A stretch of 64,000 nt of DNA from Kofleriaceae bacterium (GTDB lineage: Bacteria > Myxococcota_A > Polyangia > Haliangiales > Haliangiaceae), in NCBI GenBank assembly GCA_965215005.1, contig CBDCCZ010000004.1:317115-381114 (forward strand), in the 5' to 3' direction. Position numbers and translations under genes: made by a program. Positions 29,108-38,866 of the stretch are shown here, one piece after another. Positions within the stretch are counted from its first letter, which is position 1. The number at the start of each line of letters is the position of its first letter. Under the pieces are notes generated by a model that worked only from the letters and a program-made list of their open reading frames with translations, was not told where the DNA came from and did not search any database.

Positions 29108-29741
29108 TCACAGGTTTTTTCGTATGGAAGCAAGGCGAAGTGCAGCGTTGATCACGAGGTGCAGCACCGTGAGCGTGAGCGTGCCCGCGACTGCAATGGT
29201 CCAGGAATAGCCAAAGGCTAACGCACCGAGAAAAAGGGCGGCGATGACGCTGTCGGCTTGATCGAGAACAAAAAAACCAGCTCCTGCCACTCCAGCGCCC
29301 CGCTTGCCGGGAATGATGTCGATGCGGCGCCTTGAGAAACGAATTGGGTAGCTCGCCCAGTGCGTAGCCAAGGCCAAAGATCGTGTTGACTATCGCGTAG
29401 CCCACAGCGAAGGACGTCCAGCCTTCGGGGGCGCGAAAGGCGCTACCCACCGCCGAGTACGCGATCAGCTCGAGCCCTGCGCTGGCGGCCCATGCGCCGC
29501 CGACGGCACCTTGCACGAATCCGACAGCAGCGCTGCCGACGATCATGAAGCACACGCCACGCCACGTCTTGTTGTCGCCGAAGATTCGCTTGCCGCGAAA
29601 GCTCCGGCCGCCGTCGAGCGGTAGCTTGAAGGCCGGGAACAAGTCGAGCTTGACCACGACCATATGCAAGATGCCGGTCAACGCGACGGCACTGGCGAGC
29701 CAGAAGACGGGTCCACTAAAGGCGATAGCTAAGAAATTCAT
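29108..29741 (-). CDS. CDP-archaeol synthase-like (CarS/DUF46) membrane cytidylyltransferase; +1 frameshift near 29330
   Basis: 'PLDGGRSFRGKRIFGDNKTWRG' and 'LGELPNSFLK|RRIDIIPG...LDQADS' after removing one G. Multiple TM helices. Confidence 0.82.
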
Positions 29742-29755
29742 CGTACATTCCCTCG

Positions 29756-30748
29756 ATGATCGATTGTCACGCGCATGCATTCCCTCGTCTGGATGAGTTG
29801 GTTTCTCGAGTTCCTGGCTCTGCAGCGGCCGTGGCTGCCTCGCTGGTGCGTGGTGGCAGCGGCGCGGTCACCGCGGTCGGCAAAATGCTTCGGAACGTGG
29901 TGCCTCGCGATGAGCGGCCGCCGGCGCTGGGCATCGAGCGAGTCGCGGCAATGCGCCAAGCTCGCTCCGACAAAGCCAATCGAGTCATCGAAGGCACGCT
30001 GGCTACCGTGGCTGCACCGGCTATGCTCGCCACCGGTGGCGTTTCGCAGCTGCTTGCCTCCATGGAGCGGCATCAGCTCGCGGCGACGGTACTGATCGGC
30101 GCGCCTCCCATCGCGAGCAACGCCTGGCTTCTCACCGAGGCGGCTCGATGCTCGCCGCGCTTGATTCCGGTGACCACCATGCCCGAGCTCGACCCCGCAG
30201 CGAACGCCAACGCGTGGCAGGCGGCATTCGAGAAGCTCGCAGCGGAAGGCGCACAGGGCTTCAAGATCCACCTCAACATGGATGGGCTGTCGCCGCAGCA
30301 TCACGCGTACCGGAGCCTCTTTAAAGTGGCCAGCGACCGCGACTGCTTCGTCATCGTTCACACCGGTTGCTTTCATGTGCCCTCGTATCACCGCCACGGA
30401 CCGATCGAGCCCGGTGAGCTCGAGCCGCTGCTTCGCGAATTTCCCGACGTACGGGTGTGTTTGGCGCACATGAATCGCGAGCGGCCGGAAGCGGCTTGGG
30501 AGGTCATGGAACGCCATTCTCAGGTCTTTACGGACACCAGCTGGCAACCGGCGAGCGTCATACGTCAAGCAGTCGATCGGGTCGGCATCGACCGCGTCTT
30601 GCTCGGCTCCGACTGGCCGCTGCTTCACGCAGACCTGCAAGGTGACGCACTGCAGGTGTTGCGGAAGGCGGTATCGGCTGAGGAGGTCGAGCAGATTGGT
30701 CATGGCAATGCGAAGCGTTTTCTCGGTCGGGCGCTCGTCTCCGAGTGA
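29756..30748 (+). CDS. Amidohydrolase family protein (Amidohydro_2)
   Basis: 'IDCHAH', 'GFKIH', 'VHTG', 'LAHM', 'DTSW', 'LLGSDWP', 'GNAKRFL'. Confidence 0.88.
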   Translation: MIDCHAHAFPRLDELVSRVPGSAAAVAASLVRGGSGAVTAVGKMLRNVVPRDERPPALGIERVAAMRQARSDKANRVIEGTLATVAAPAMLATGGVSQLLASMERHQLAATVLIGAPPIASNAWLLTEAARCSPRLIPVTTMPELDPAANANAWQAAFEKLAAEGAQGFKIHLNMDGLSPQHHAYRSLFKVASDRDCFVIVHTGCFHVPSYHRHGPIEPGELEPLLREFPDVRVCLAHMNRERPEAAWEVMERHSQVFTDTSWQPASVIRQAVDRVGIDRVLLGSDWPLLHADLQGDALQVLRKAVSAEEVEQIGHGNAKRFLGRALVSE

Positions 30749-31132
30749 CCCTCCGCTAGCCGGCGCGCGAGCCTCAATGCACCCAGCTGACGACGAGCAC
30801 CAGTAGCGCCGCCAGAATCATCCACGAGCCGAGCGCCGGCCAACGGCGCGCTCGAGTCATCGTTCCCACCGCCGTCCATTCCCCATTCACGTTTCGATAC
30901 TTCACTGTCATTGCGAGCCACCAAGGTTGCACTCGCTATGCCACGGGCAAATGCCGTAGCGGCGTTGCTCGAGCCCGCTTTGCCGCGCAACTCGGGTGGC
31001 TAGTGTAGCCACCGCGAGGGCGGTCATGAACCGAGGTGGCGGGCTCGATGGGCCCGTTTAGGGCGGTTCGCTGCTTGCACTGCGTCGCGCTGCCCAAGTT
31101 ATTCAGTTCCTAACAAAGGAAGTTACTGCATC

Positions 31133-31939
31133 ATGCGACACGTAAATTTCACCGCCGCAGGCACCTTTGCGCTTGCCTTGCTTTCGCTGCCTCTACTTGC
31201 ATCGGCGGACAAAGGCAGCAAGCGCACAAGCGGCAATGAGAGCGCGGACGCCATCGTCGAGCGGATGCTCGACATCGACCCGCTGACGTATGGCGGCGCC
31301 GAAGCCAACGTCCAGATGATCCTCGTCAACGGCCGCAATCAACAGCGGAGCCGCGACGTCGTGATGTTGAGCCGCAAGGATGGCGATGAGCGGCGCACCT
31401 TTATTCGCTTTCGCTCGCCCAGCGACGTGGCCGGGACAGCGTTTCTCGGACTGGATGACGATGGCGATCGCGTCCAGCACCTGTTTCTGCCGGCGCTCGG
31501 CAAGACCCGTCGGATCTCGACCAAGCAACGCAACGCCAGCTTCGTTGGCAGCGACTATACCTACGCCGATCTCGACAATCGCGATATCGATGACTCGAAG
31601 CGGAAACGCCTCCCAGACGAGACGTTGAGCGGCAAGGACTGCTACGTCATCGAGCTCGAGCCGACCTCGAAGGAGAGCGAGTATGAAACGATCAAACTGT
31701 GGCTCGCAAAAGAGAGTTACTTGCCGCTCGCCATTCGTTACTTCGATGGCAAAGGCAAGGAGATGAAGCGCTTCGTCGTGACGTCGGCGAAGAAGCACGA
31801 CGGTCGCTGGGTCATCGAACAATCGAAGATGGTGGATCTCCGGAAGAACCATGCAACGGGAATGAAGCTCACCGCGATCCGCTTCCGCAGCGACATCTCC
31901 CGCGATCAGTTCACGATCCAGGCGCTCGAGCGCGAGTAG
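31133..31939 (+). CDS. Periplasmic LolA-like outer-membrane lipoprotein-sorting protein
   Basis: Signal peptide; 'FRSPSDVAGTAFL', 'LFLPALGKTRRIS', 'FVGSDYTYADL'. Confidence 0.85.
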   Translation: MRHVNFTAAGTFALALLSLPLLASADKGSKRTSGNESADAIVERMLDIDPLTYGGAEANVQMILVNGRNQQRSRDVVMLSRKDGDERRTFIRFRSPSDVAGTAFLGLDDDGDRVQHLFLPALGKTRRISTKQRNASFVGSDYTYADLDNRDIDDSKRKRLPDETLSGKDCYVIELEPTSKESEYETIKLWLAKESYLPLAIRYFDGKGKEMKRFVVTSAKKHDGRWVIEQSKMVDLRKNHATGMKLTAIRFRSDISRDQFTIQALERE

Positions 31940-31942
31940 TCG

Positions 31943-33643
31943 ATGCGTTGGTTTACGGTCGTGGTGTTGATCTGCGCTGGGCGTACGGCGCTAGCGCAGA
32001 CGGCCTCCGCCACTCCCCCCGCGGCCAATGAAACGCTGACTCCGGCGGTCGTCGAGCGCGGCGCGGCGCGGCGCTCGGCAGGGCGTCTGGCGGCCGAGCC
32101 CGCCATCACGGCTGACGATGCGAGCTCAGCGCCAGACGAGGGCGGCGATAGCTTCACGATGAGCGCGGGCCTTGACGATGTCGGGCCGCAGCTGGAGCTC
32201 GACTCGGCGCCGATCGTGACTCTTGATGAGCCGGCGGTTGAGAAAAATCCGGGAATCGAGATGTCCGCGCTGCTTTACGCTCGCGCGGGCACCGACCTCG
32301 TTCATCAGCCCGGCGCCGCCAGTGGTTCCACCTCGGTTCCCATCGGCGAGGACGTGCTGTCGTTTCGCGGTCACGCTCGCGCCGAGGCCACGAGCCGATA
32401 CCAGCGAATGCTCAAGCTCAAGTTGTCGGGCCGGCTAGACGCCGAGTGGGGCATGGACGCCGACTCGCGTTTGGACGTCGAGCGCTACGAAGCACGTCTG
32501 GGTGAGACCTATGTCGACTATTTTGGCTCGGGCCTCAGCGCCCGTGCAGGCAATCAAGTCATCGTTTGGGGCACCGCAGAGCTCATTACTCCCAACGATG
32601 TCGTCAATCCGCGCGACCTGCGGCGAGGCTTTCTCGAGCGCGCTGACGAGCTGCGCCAGCCTGTCGTCGCTCTCGAGGTGAGCGGCTTTCACGGTCCCGC
32701 GTATCTCACTGGAGTGTGGGTTCCGGTTCCCGCCAGTCATCGAATGGAGCTTCTAAACAGTGATTTCGCGTTGCTTGGACCCAGCGCCCCGAGGCTCGAG
32801 CGGTCAATAGGTACGGCGCTCCAGCGGCTGAAGGCCGATCCGGAGCTCGGGCCCGCGCTGGCTCCAATGCTCGAGCTCGATGGCAGCTCCTCGTTTGGCA
32901 TTCAAGATAGTGAATTGGGTGCTAGTGCCGGCTTTCATTTTCGTCATCTAGATCTACTTTCGTACTTCTTTTGGGGGCATGAACGGAGCCCGCGCATCGT
33001 GATCGCCGAGGAGCTCGCGACGATGCTCGCTACAGCGCCCGCGGAAGCCCTCACGCCAGAGCAACTGGCCGATGCGGTTGGAGCGCTCGCGAGGCAAGGT
33101 GTGGTGGCGGTCGCGAGCGATTATCCGCGGCGCGTCCACACGGGAGGTGCCTTGGCGACTCGCCTCGAGCCAATTGGCATCAAGCTCGATGTTGGCTACA
33201 CGTTTGGTGCGACGGCGCCGCTGACTCGCGAAGGCGGCGGTTTGCTGGCGGCCGAGTCGCGCCAGCTCGACCGAGCGAGCGGCACGGTGTCGCTCGACTA
33301 TCAGCGCGGCGCATTCATGGTGGTGGCGGAAGGAAACGTCACGCGAGTGCTCGGCGTTCCGGCCGGCGCGGACGTGTATCAGATGCACGGCGCAAGCGCG
33401 TATCTCGCCGCCGCGCGAATCGACTGGCGGCCAGCGGCGAGCGCTATCTCGATGAGCCTGCTTTCGTTCGTTGATGTCGCGACCACGCCATCGTACGCGG
33501 TGCGACCGGCGATTCGCTTCTCCGGTCACGACCACATCTCGCTAGAGGCGGCCGCCATTCTCTATGAAGGCCCTCCAGACACGCTGGCAGGCGCCGCCGA
33601 CCGCAATGACGAAGTGGTCTTGACGGTGGAGCTCGGCCTCTAA
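31943..33643 (+). CDS. Putative outer-membrane beta-barrel (DUF1302-like)
   Basis: Signal peptide; 'ETYVDY...RAGNQVIVWG...DVVNPRDL'; amphipathic strands; 3 nt downstream of the LolA-like gene. Confidence 0.65.
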   Translation: MRWFTVVVLICAGRTALAQTASATPPAANETLTPAVVERGAARRSAGRLAAEPAITADDASSAPDEGGDSFTMSAGLDDVGPQLELDSAPIVTLDEPAVEKNPGIEMSALLYARAGTDLVHQPGAASGSTSVPIGEDVLSFRGHARAEATSRYQRMLKLKLSGRLDAEWGMDADSRLDVERYEARLGETYVDYFGSGLSARAGNQVIVWGTAELITPNDVVNPRDLRRGFLERADELRQPVVALEVSGFHGPAYLTGVWVPVPASHRMELLNSDFALLGPSAPRLERSIGTALQRLKADPELGPALAPMLELDGSSSFGIQDSELGASAGFHFRHLDLLSYFFWGHERSPRIVIAEELATMLATAPAEALTPEQLADAVGALARQGVVAVASDYPRRVHTGGALATRLEPIGIKLDVGYTFGATAPLTREGGGLLAAESRQLDRASGTVSLDYQRGAFMVVAEGNVTRVLGVPAGADVYQMHGASAYLAAARIDWRPAASAISMSLLSFVDVATTPSYAVRPAIRFSGHDHISLEAAAILYEGPPDTLAGAADRNDEVVLTVELGL

Positions 33644-33667
33644 AGCACGAGCTCCACTGGCGTCGCG

Positions 33668-34636
33668 CTAGAGCCCGAGATTCAAAGTCAGGCCGCGGTC
33701 GATGATATAGGCGACCGGAACCGCGAACGAAATCGCCATCGTGATGAGCTCGCTCACGGGGCGCAGCTCGGCACGAGCCGGCGTTGGTGCCGCCAGAAAC
33801 TGGGCGGCGCGGCCAATCGCGAGGCAGCCGACGACGATGGTGATTCCGGCGCCAAGCCAGCCAAACCCGGCGCGCATCAGCGTCCATGCGACACAACCCG
33901 TGGCCACAGTCCAGAACAGGATGACCATGGCGGTCGCAACTCGCCATCCAACGATCTTCGAGTACGTCGTGTAGTCGGTCTCCTGCTCCGGCAAGCGAAT
34001 CTTCCGCGACCACTCCCATGCTGCTAACGGCATCCAAAGGCCGATGAGGAGCACGAGAATATCCACTACGGCCGCATCGCGGGTGAAGTCGGCTTGGAAC
34101 AGAACCAACGCGTATACGAGCATGACCGCAACGAGCGGATTATGCGTGATGAACGCTAACAGCAAGTTGCGCTGCATCGGTGGATAGAAGAACCAGCGAA
34201 ATGATGCGTAGGTAAGACCAAAGCAGACCAGAAACGCCACGAAGGCGCTGCTCGGGAAGAGCGGTAGGTTGATCGCGAAGAGCAGCGCAGTCGTTAGCCA
34301 TCGCAGCCAAACGATATCCTCGACACGGACCTCTCCGGTCACGATCGGTCTGTCCGCGTAGCGCGGGTCTCCGGCACGTCCAAGCCGCAGGTCTGTCTCG
34401 ACGTCTTTGAGCTCGTCATAGACGCGCAGCAGTAGCGAGAGCAGGACGAACGTGACTGCACCGATAACCGAGCGGGTGGTGAGCGAAATCGGCGCGTATC
34501 CAGCGAGCGCTTGTAGCGACCCGTAGAAGGCGGCGAAGTACATCAGGAACGCAGGCACCATTAGCACCGGCGGGAACATGTACTGGAGGTATCGGGCTAT
34601 ACGAATGAATCGTGATCGACTGGCTGGTTTGTTCAT
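33668..34636 (-). CDS. UbiA-superfamily prenyltransferase
   Basis: Asp-rich 'RVYDELKDVETD', 'RPIVTG', about 8-9 TM helices. Confidence 0.85.
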   Translation of the reverse strand: MNKPASRSRFIRIARYLQYMFPPVLMVPAFLMYFAAFYGSLQALAGYAPISLTTRSVIGAVTFVLLSLLLRVYDELKDVETDLRLGRAGDPRYADRPIVTGEVRVEDIVWLRWLTTALLFAINLPLFPSSAFVAFLVCFGLTYASFRWFFYPPMQRNLLLAFITHNPLVAVMLVYALVLFQADFTRDAAVVDILVLLIGLWMPLAAWEWSRKIRLPEQETDYTTYSKIVGWRVATAMVILFWTVATGCVAWTLMRAGFGWLGAGITIVVGCLAIGRAAQFLAAPTPARAELRPVSELITMAISFAVPVAYIIDRGLTLNLGL

Positions 34637-34895
34637 TGGGGGCTCCGTTCGTTTGGTCCCCTTTATGCAAACCCGCTGCCTGTTCGATGCGAGCGAAATT
34701 TCCTAAAACGGCGCAAAAACGGGCTTGCTGGGCGATCTGCGTGGCTTCTTTAGTTGCCAGCAAAGCGGCTAACGCTGCCGCCGGAGGAAACGCTGGACCC
34801 TGTCCGCCGGTGCACCGCGCCCAGGCGGCTTTCGCGTTCAACCTCGACCCCAACGAGCTTGCAGGCTCTGCGAGCGCAGGAAGTGGTGTGCGATC

Positions 34896-37634
34896 ATGAG
34901 AGATCTTGCAAAGCTGAGCACGATTTGTCTTCTCGATGAGGATGAGCTCGCCGGCGCCCCGGAGTCGCTGGTAGGCGGCAAGGCGCGTCAGCTCGGGGCT
35001 TTGGTGGCGCGTGGGGCGCGAGTTCCCGAGCTCTTCTGCGTGCCTACTCCAGTCTTTGACGCGCTCGTCGCCAAGGTTGGTCAGCCAGTCTCGGAGCTGC
35101 TCGCAACGGCGCGAGCAAGCGAGCCCCAAACCGTTGTCGCCGCGAGCTCGGCAGCCCGTCGGGCCATTCAGTCGCTGGCGCTCGACGCAATCGATCAGAC
35201 CGCTATCCTGCATCGGTTCGATTCGCGATTTCCCAAAGGCTCGCGGGTTGCGGTGCGGTCGTCGGCGGTCGGCGAAGACTCTGCAAGCGACTCCTTCGCC
35301 GGCCAACTCGACACCTTTCTTCACGTTCCGCGCGCCGAGCTGTGCCGCGCCATCGTCGACTGCTTTGCTTCGGCGTTTACGGAGCGGGCGTTGATGTATC
35401 GACTGCTGCGCGGGCATGGCGCGCAGGCTCGGGTGGCGGTTGTGGTCCAGTGCATGGTGGAAGCACGCGCCGCCGGTGTGATTTTTACCGCCAACCCGAC
35501 CACCGGCGATCGCTCAGAGGCGGTGATCTCCGCGGCGCTCGGGCTTGGCGAGGGCGTGGTAGACGGCACCGTCGAGACCGACACCTTTTATGCAGAGCTT
35601 GCTACCGGACGAATCCGCCGAAGCGAGCTTGCTTGCAAGCAGACGCGGGTGGTGTTTGATGACGCATCGGGCAGTGGAACCGCATTTGCGGAGGTTGCCG
35701 CGCCTGAGCAGAACGAAGCCGCCATTGACGAGGCGCAGCTTCAGACACTGGTGTTGCATGCTGCGGCGCTCGCTGACCAGCAAGGTTCTCCTCAAGATAT
35801 TGAATGGGCGCTAGATCAGCAGGGCACGCTATACCTATTGCAGTCTCGCCCCATCACGACCTTGCCGGCTGCCGATGCGCACGTCTCGGTCTTCGACAAT
35901 GCCAATATCGTCGAGAGTCATCCGGGGTTGACGCTGCCGCTCACGTTCTCCTTTGTTCGTCGCGGCTACGAGAAAACTTTTCGCGAGGCGCAGCGATGTT
36001 TTGGCGTCTCCGAGGAAGTTCTGCGCCAGAACCGCGATCTGCACGAGAACCTCGTCGCGATGATCGACGGGCGCATGTATTACAACTTGCGCAACTGGTA
36101 TCGAATCTACGAGATCATGCCGGGCTTTGCGTGGGCGCTTCCCGCCTGGGAAGAAGCGCTGGGGCTCGATGCGCTCGGGCAGAAGACCGAGCCGCTGCAG
36201 CTGTCGCATCACCTGCGCCGCGTGCCGGCGTATGGCGAGCTGGCGGTGAGGCTCATGATGCTGATGCGAGGCTTGGAGCGCCAAGTTGGCCATTACTTGC
36301 GCCGCCTCGACCGCGTGCAGCAAGCGGTGACCGAGAAGGAGCTCGACGCGTTGAGCATTCACGAGCTGGTTGCACTGCTCGATGACGTCACCGAGGAACT
36401 GACGGCACCGTACGCCATCGCCGTAGTCAACGACTTCTTTACGCAGCAGCTTTACGGTCTCGTCAAAGCGCTCATCGTGCGTTGGCAGCTGGGCGAGCCT
36501 GAAACACTGCGCAATGAGCTGCTATGCGGCGAGCACGGCGTTGATAGCGTTGCGCCGGTGCGGTCATTGGTGGCTTTGTCGCAGTGGATTGCTGCTTCAC
36601 CGGCGGCGCTGGCGCTATTTCAAAGCGCTGCCTCTCATGACGAGGTGTGGCGCCAGCTCATCAGCCGGCCCGAGCACGCGGTGCTCTACGCCGCGCTCAC
36701 CGAGCACATCGCGAAGTACGGCGACCGCGTGTTGCACGAGCTGAAGCTCGATAGCCCACTCATCGAAGAACAGCCGGGTTTCCTCGTGCAGATGCTGCGC
36801 AACTACCTGGCGACCGAGCAGTGCGTCGAGGAAATGGAGGCGCGCGAGCGGACCATCCGCAATCGCGCTGAGGCCCACGTGCGCGAGCGGCTCCGGCGCT
36901 CGCCCATTCGTCGACGCATCTTCTTTGAAGTCTTGGCGCGCGCGCGTGCCGGAGTGCGCTTTCGCGAGAACCTGCGGCTCGCGCGCAGCCGCAGTTACGG
37001 TCTGGCCAAGCGCATGTTCAGAGCTCTTGGCCGGCAGTTCGTTCATGCAGATCTTCTCGACGACTCTGCTGAGCTCTTGTATCTCACCGTGGAAGAAGCC
37101 ATCGATGCCGTGCGCGGCGCCTCGGTGACTGACAACTTGCGCAACTTGGTCGAGCTGCGCCGCGAGGAATATGCGGTGCTCGCAACGCGCTCCGCACCCG
37201 CCGACCGAATCCTTCGGCGCGGCGCGGTATTGGCGCGCGCCGACGTGCAGCTCGATACGGCGATCGAGCCCGCTGCCGGCGACGACGACCTCCTTCGCGG
37301 GACCGGCTGCAGCTCGGGTCGGGTTCGCGCGCCTGCGAAGATCTTGCTCGAGCCGAGTGGCGATCTCTCGGTGCGCGGTGAGATCCTCGTTGCTCCCATG
37401 ACCGATCCGGGATGGGTGTTCCTGATGGTGAGTGCCGGCGGTCTGGTGGCCGAGAAAGGCAGCGTCCTCTCCCATACTGCCATCATTGGTCGCGAGCTCG
37501 GCATCCCCACCATCGTGGGTGTGAAGGGGGCTACCAGCCGTATTCAGCCAGGCGATGAGATCGAGCTCGACGGCAGAACGGGCGAGGTGCGCATCCATCG
37601 CCCAAGCGCTGTCGAGGTCAACGATGCTGCGTAG
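34896..37634 (+). CDS. PEP-utilising enzyme (RPH/PigC architecture) #2
   Basis: 'VGGKA', 'VAVRSSAVGEDSASDSFAGQ', 'DIEWA...LQSRPIT', 'TDPGWVFLM...GSVLSHTAIIGRELGIP'. Confidence 0.88.
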   Translation: MRDLAKLSTICLLDEDELAGAPESLVGGKARQLGALVARGARVPELFCVPTPVFDALVAKVGQPVSELLATARASEPQTVVAASSAARRAIQSLALDAIDQTAILHRFDSRFPKGSRVAVRSSAVGEDSASDSFAGQLDTFLHVPRAELCRAIVDCFASAFTERALMYRLLRGHGAQARVAVVVQCMVEARAAGVIFTANPTTGDRSEAVISAALGLGEGVVDGTVETDTFYAELATGRIRRSELACKQTRVVFDDASGSGTAFAEVAAPEQNEAAIDEAQLQTLVLHAAALADQQGSPQDIEWALDQQGTLYLLQSRPITTLPAADAHVSVFDNANIVESHPGLTLPLTFSFVRRGYEKTFREAQRCFGVSEEVLRQNRDLHENLVAMIDGRMYYNLRNWYRIYEIMPGFAWALPAWEEALGLDALGQKTEPLQLSHHLRRVPAYGELAVRLMMLMRGLERQVGHYLRRLDRVQQAVTEKELDALSIHELVALLDDVTEELTAPYAIAVVNDFFTQQLYGLVKALIVRWQLGEPETLRNELLCGEHGVDSVAPVRSLVALSQWIAASPAALALFQSAASHDEVWRQLISRPEHAVLYAALTEHIAKYGDRVLHELKLDSPLIEEQPGFLVQMLRNYLATEQCVEEMEARERTIRNRAEAHVRERLRRSPIRRRIFFEVLARARAGVRFRENLRLARSRSYGLAKRMFRALGRQFVHADLLDDSAELLYLTVEEAIDAVRGASVTDNLRNLVELRREEYAVLATRSAPADRILRRGAVLARADVQLDTAIEPAAGDDDLLRGTGCSSGRVRAPAKILLEPSGDLSVRGEILVAPMTDPGWVFLMVSAGGLVAEKGSVLSHTAIIGRELGIPTIVGVKGATSRIQPGDEIELDGRTGEVRIHRPSAVEVNDAA

Positions 37635-37647
37635 CACCACCAGTGCC

Positions 37648-38763
37648 TCAATCCAGCTCTGCGCTCGAGCGCTCGTAGAGGGCGTAAGAGCGGCTGGGTG
37701 GGGCAAACGAGCCGAACAGCGGCCACTCCGCAGTGACCAGCGCGATGATTGTATCGCTAGCGCGATCAGTTGCCAGCGCGAGCTCGACCGCCCGTCTGAT
37801 CATGGCAGCGGCCAGTCCGGTGCGGCGAACCTCGGGAACGATCGCGATGGTGTGCAAGACCATGCGCGGAACTGCCGTGGTGGCGAGCCAGCTGCCCCAA
37901 GAGCTCGCGTCGCCAGCAAGCGCCTGAACCTCTTTGAAGTAATCGGGGAATGTCAGCACGCAGCCGACATCTTCGCCCGCGCTTTCGTCACGGGCGATTT
38001 GCACGTGTCCCGGGCGGGTCAGCGTGATGATTGGTGCATACGTCGGCAGGAACTCATCGGCCTCGAGCGTGGTGAAACCCACATGGCCGGCCCACATGCG
38101 CGTGAGCAGGGGATGGATGCGCACGAGGCTTTCAGCGGCCTCGTGAGGCCCCGGCGTGTCGATCCGGTAGTGACCTGGCAGATGTTTTTCTTGCGTTTGC
38201 AGATGCTCGCGCAGGGTTTGCCACTGCGCAGGGCTGGGCTCGTAGCTATGCCAGCAATGCTTGGCCTCGAACCCACAGGCGCGAAACAACGCCGGGTAAT
38301 AAGCAGGATTGCGCGGCTCGAACAGAAACGGCTTAGTTTCGAAGCCCTTGGTCATGAATCGATGCGCGCGGTGAGCTCCGCCATTGATGGGGCCCAGTAC
38401 CGAAAGTGCCCCTGCCGCTCTGAGATGAGCCAGCGCCGCTGCCAATACGCTCTTCGCGGCCGCTACATCGTCGATGCACGCAAAAAAGCCAATTTGACCA
38501 ATGATGGCACCGGTGGAGTCTCGCAGCCGGGGATTGACGATCGCTGCCGCATGGGCCACGGGCTCGCCACCTGCTTCGCACAGAAACCGCGTCGTGGTCG
38601 CGTAGCTGCCGAAGGAGTCGGTGCCGTCAAGGGCACGTTCGGTGGACTCCGCCAGCGGCGTCATCCAGCTCGGGTCGTGGTCGTGGAGGTGCCGAAGCAG
38701 GGTGAAATAGCTTTCTGTTGCGGTAGGCGCGACCCGGATTGTCTTCATTGAAGATGGACTCAT
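37648..38763 (-). CDS. GNAT-fold acyltransferase (YghO-like)
   Basis: 'GQIGFFACIDD', 'LGPINGG', 'NPAYYPALFRACGF', acyl-CoA motif 'IVPEVRRTGLA'. Confidence 0.75.
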   Translation of the reverse strand: MSPSSMKTIRVAPTATESYFTLLRHLHDHDPSWMTPLAESTERALDGTDSFGSYATTTRFLCEAGGEPVAHAAAIVNPRLRDSTGAIIGQIGFFACIDDVAAAKSVLAAALAHLRAAGALSVLGPINGGAHRAHRFMTKGFETKPFLFEPRNPAYYPALFRACGFEAKHCWHSYEPSPAQWQTLREHLQTQEKHLPGHYRIDTPGPHEAAESLVRIHPLLTRMWAGHVGFTTLEADEFLPTYAPIITLTRPGHVQIARDESAGEDVGCVLTFPDYFKEVQALAGDASSWGSWLATTAVPRMVLHTIAIVPEVRRTGLAAAMIRRAVELALATDRASDTIIALVTAEWPLFGSFAPPSRSYALYERSSAELD

Positions 38764-38866
38764 TTCGAATGGGCACTAAGCAAATGGCGCACTGGCTACC
38801 GGTGCGCACGCGGAGCGACCATGCTGGTTGCTCTATAGTCAACAACGCGACTCGCTTGGAGATTGT

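Noticed and set aside
28830..29780. 316-aa ORF that looks like a CarS-ACP fusion
   Set aside because: Caused by the +1 frameshift near 29330. The CarS-like C-terminus is in another frame (stop 29108) and the ACP has its own RBS and ATG.
21559..37634. ppsA (PEP synthase) or a prodigiosin/tambjamine BGC
   Set aside because: The PEP-utilisers lack the PpsA C-terminal barrel, and no prolyl-carrier, pyrrole or bipyrrole genes are in the window.
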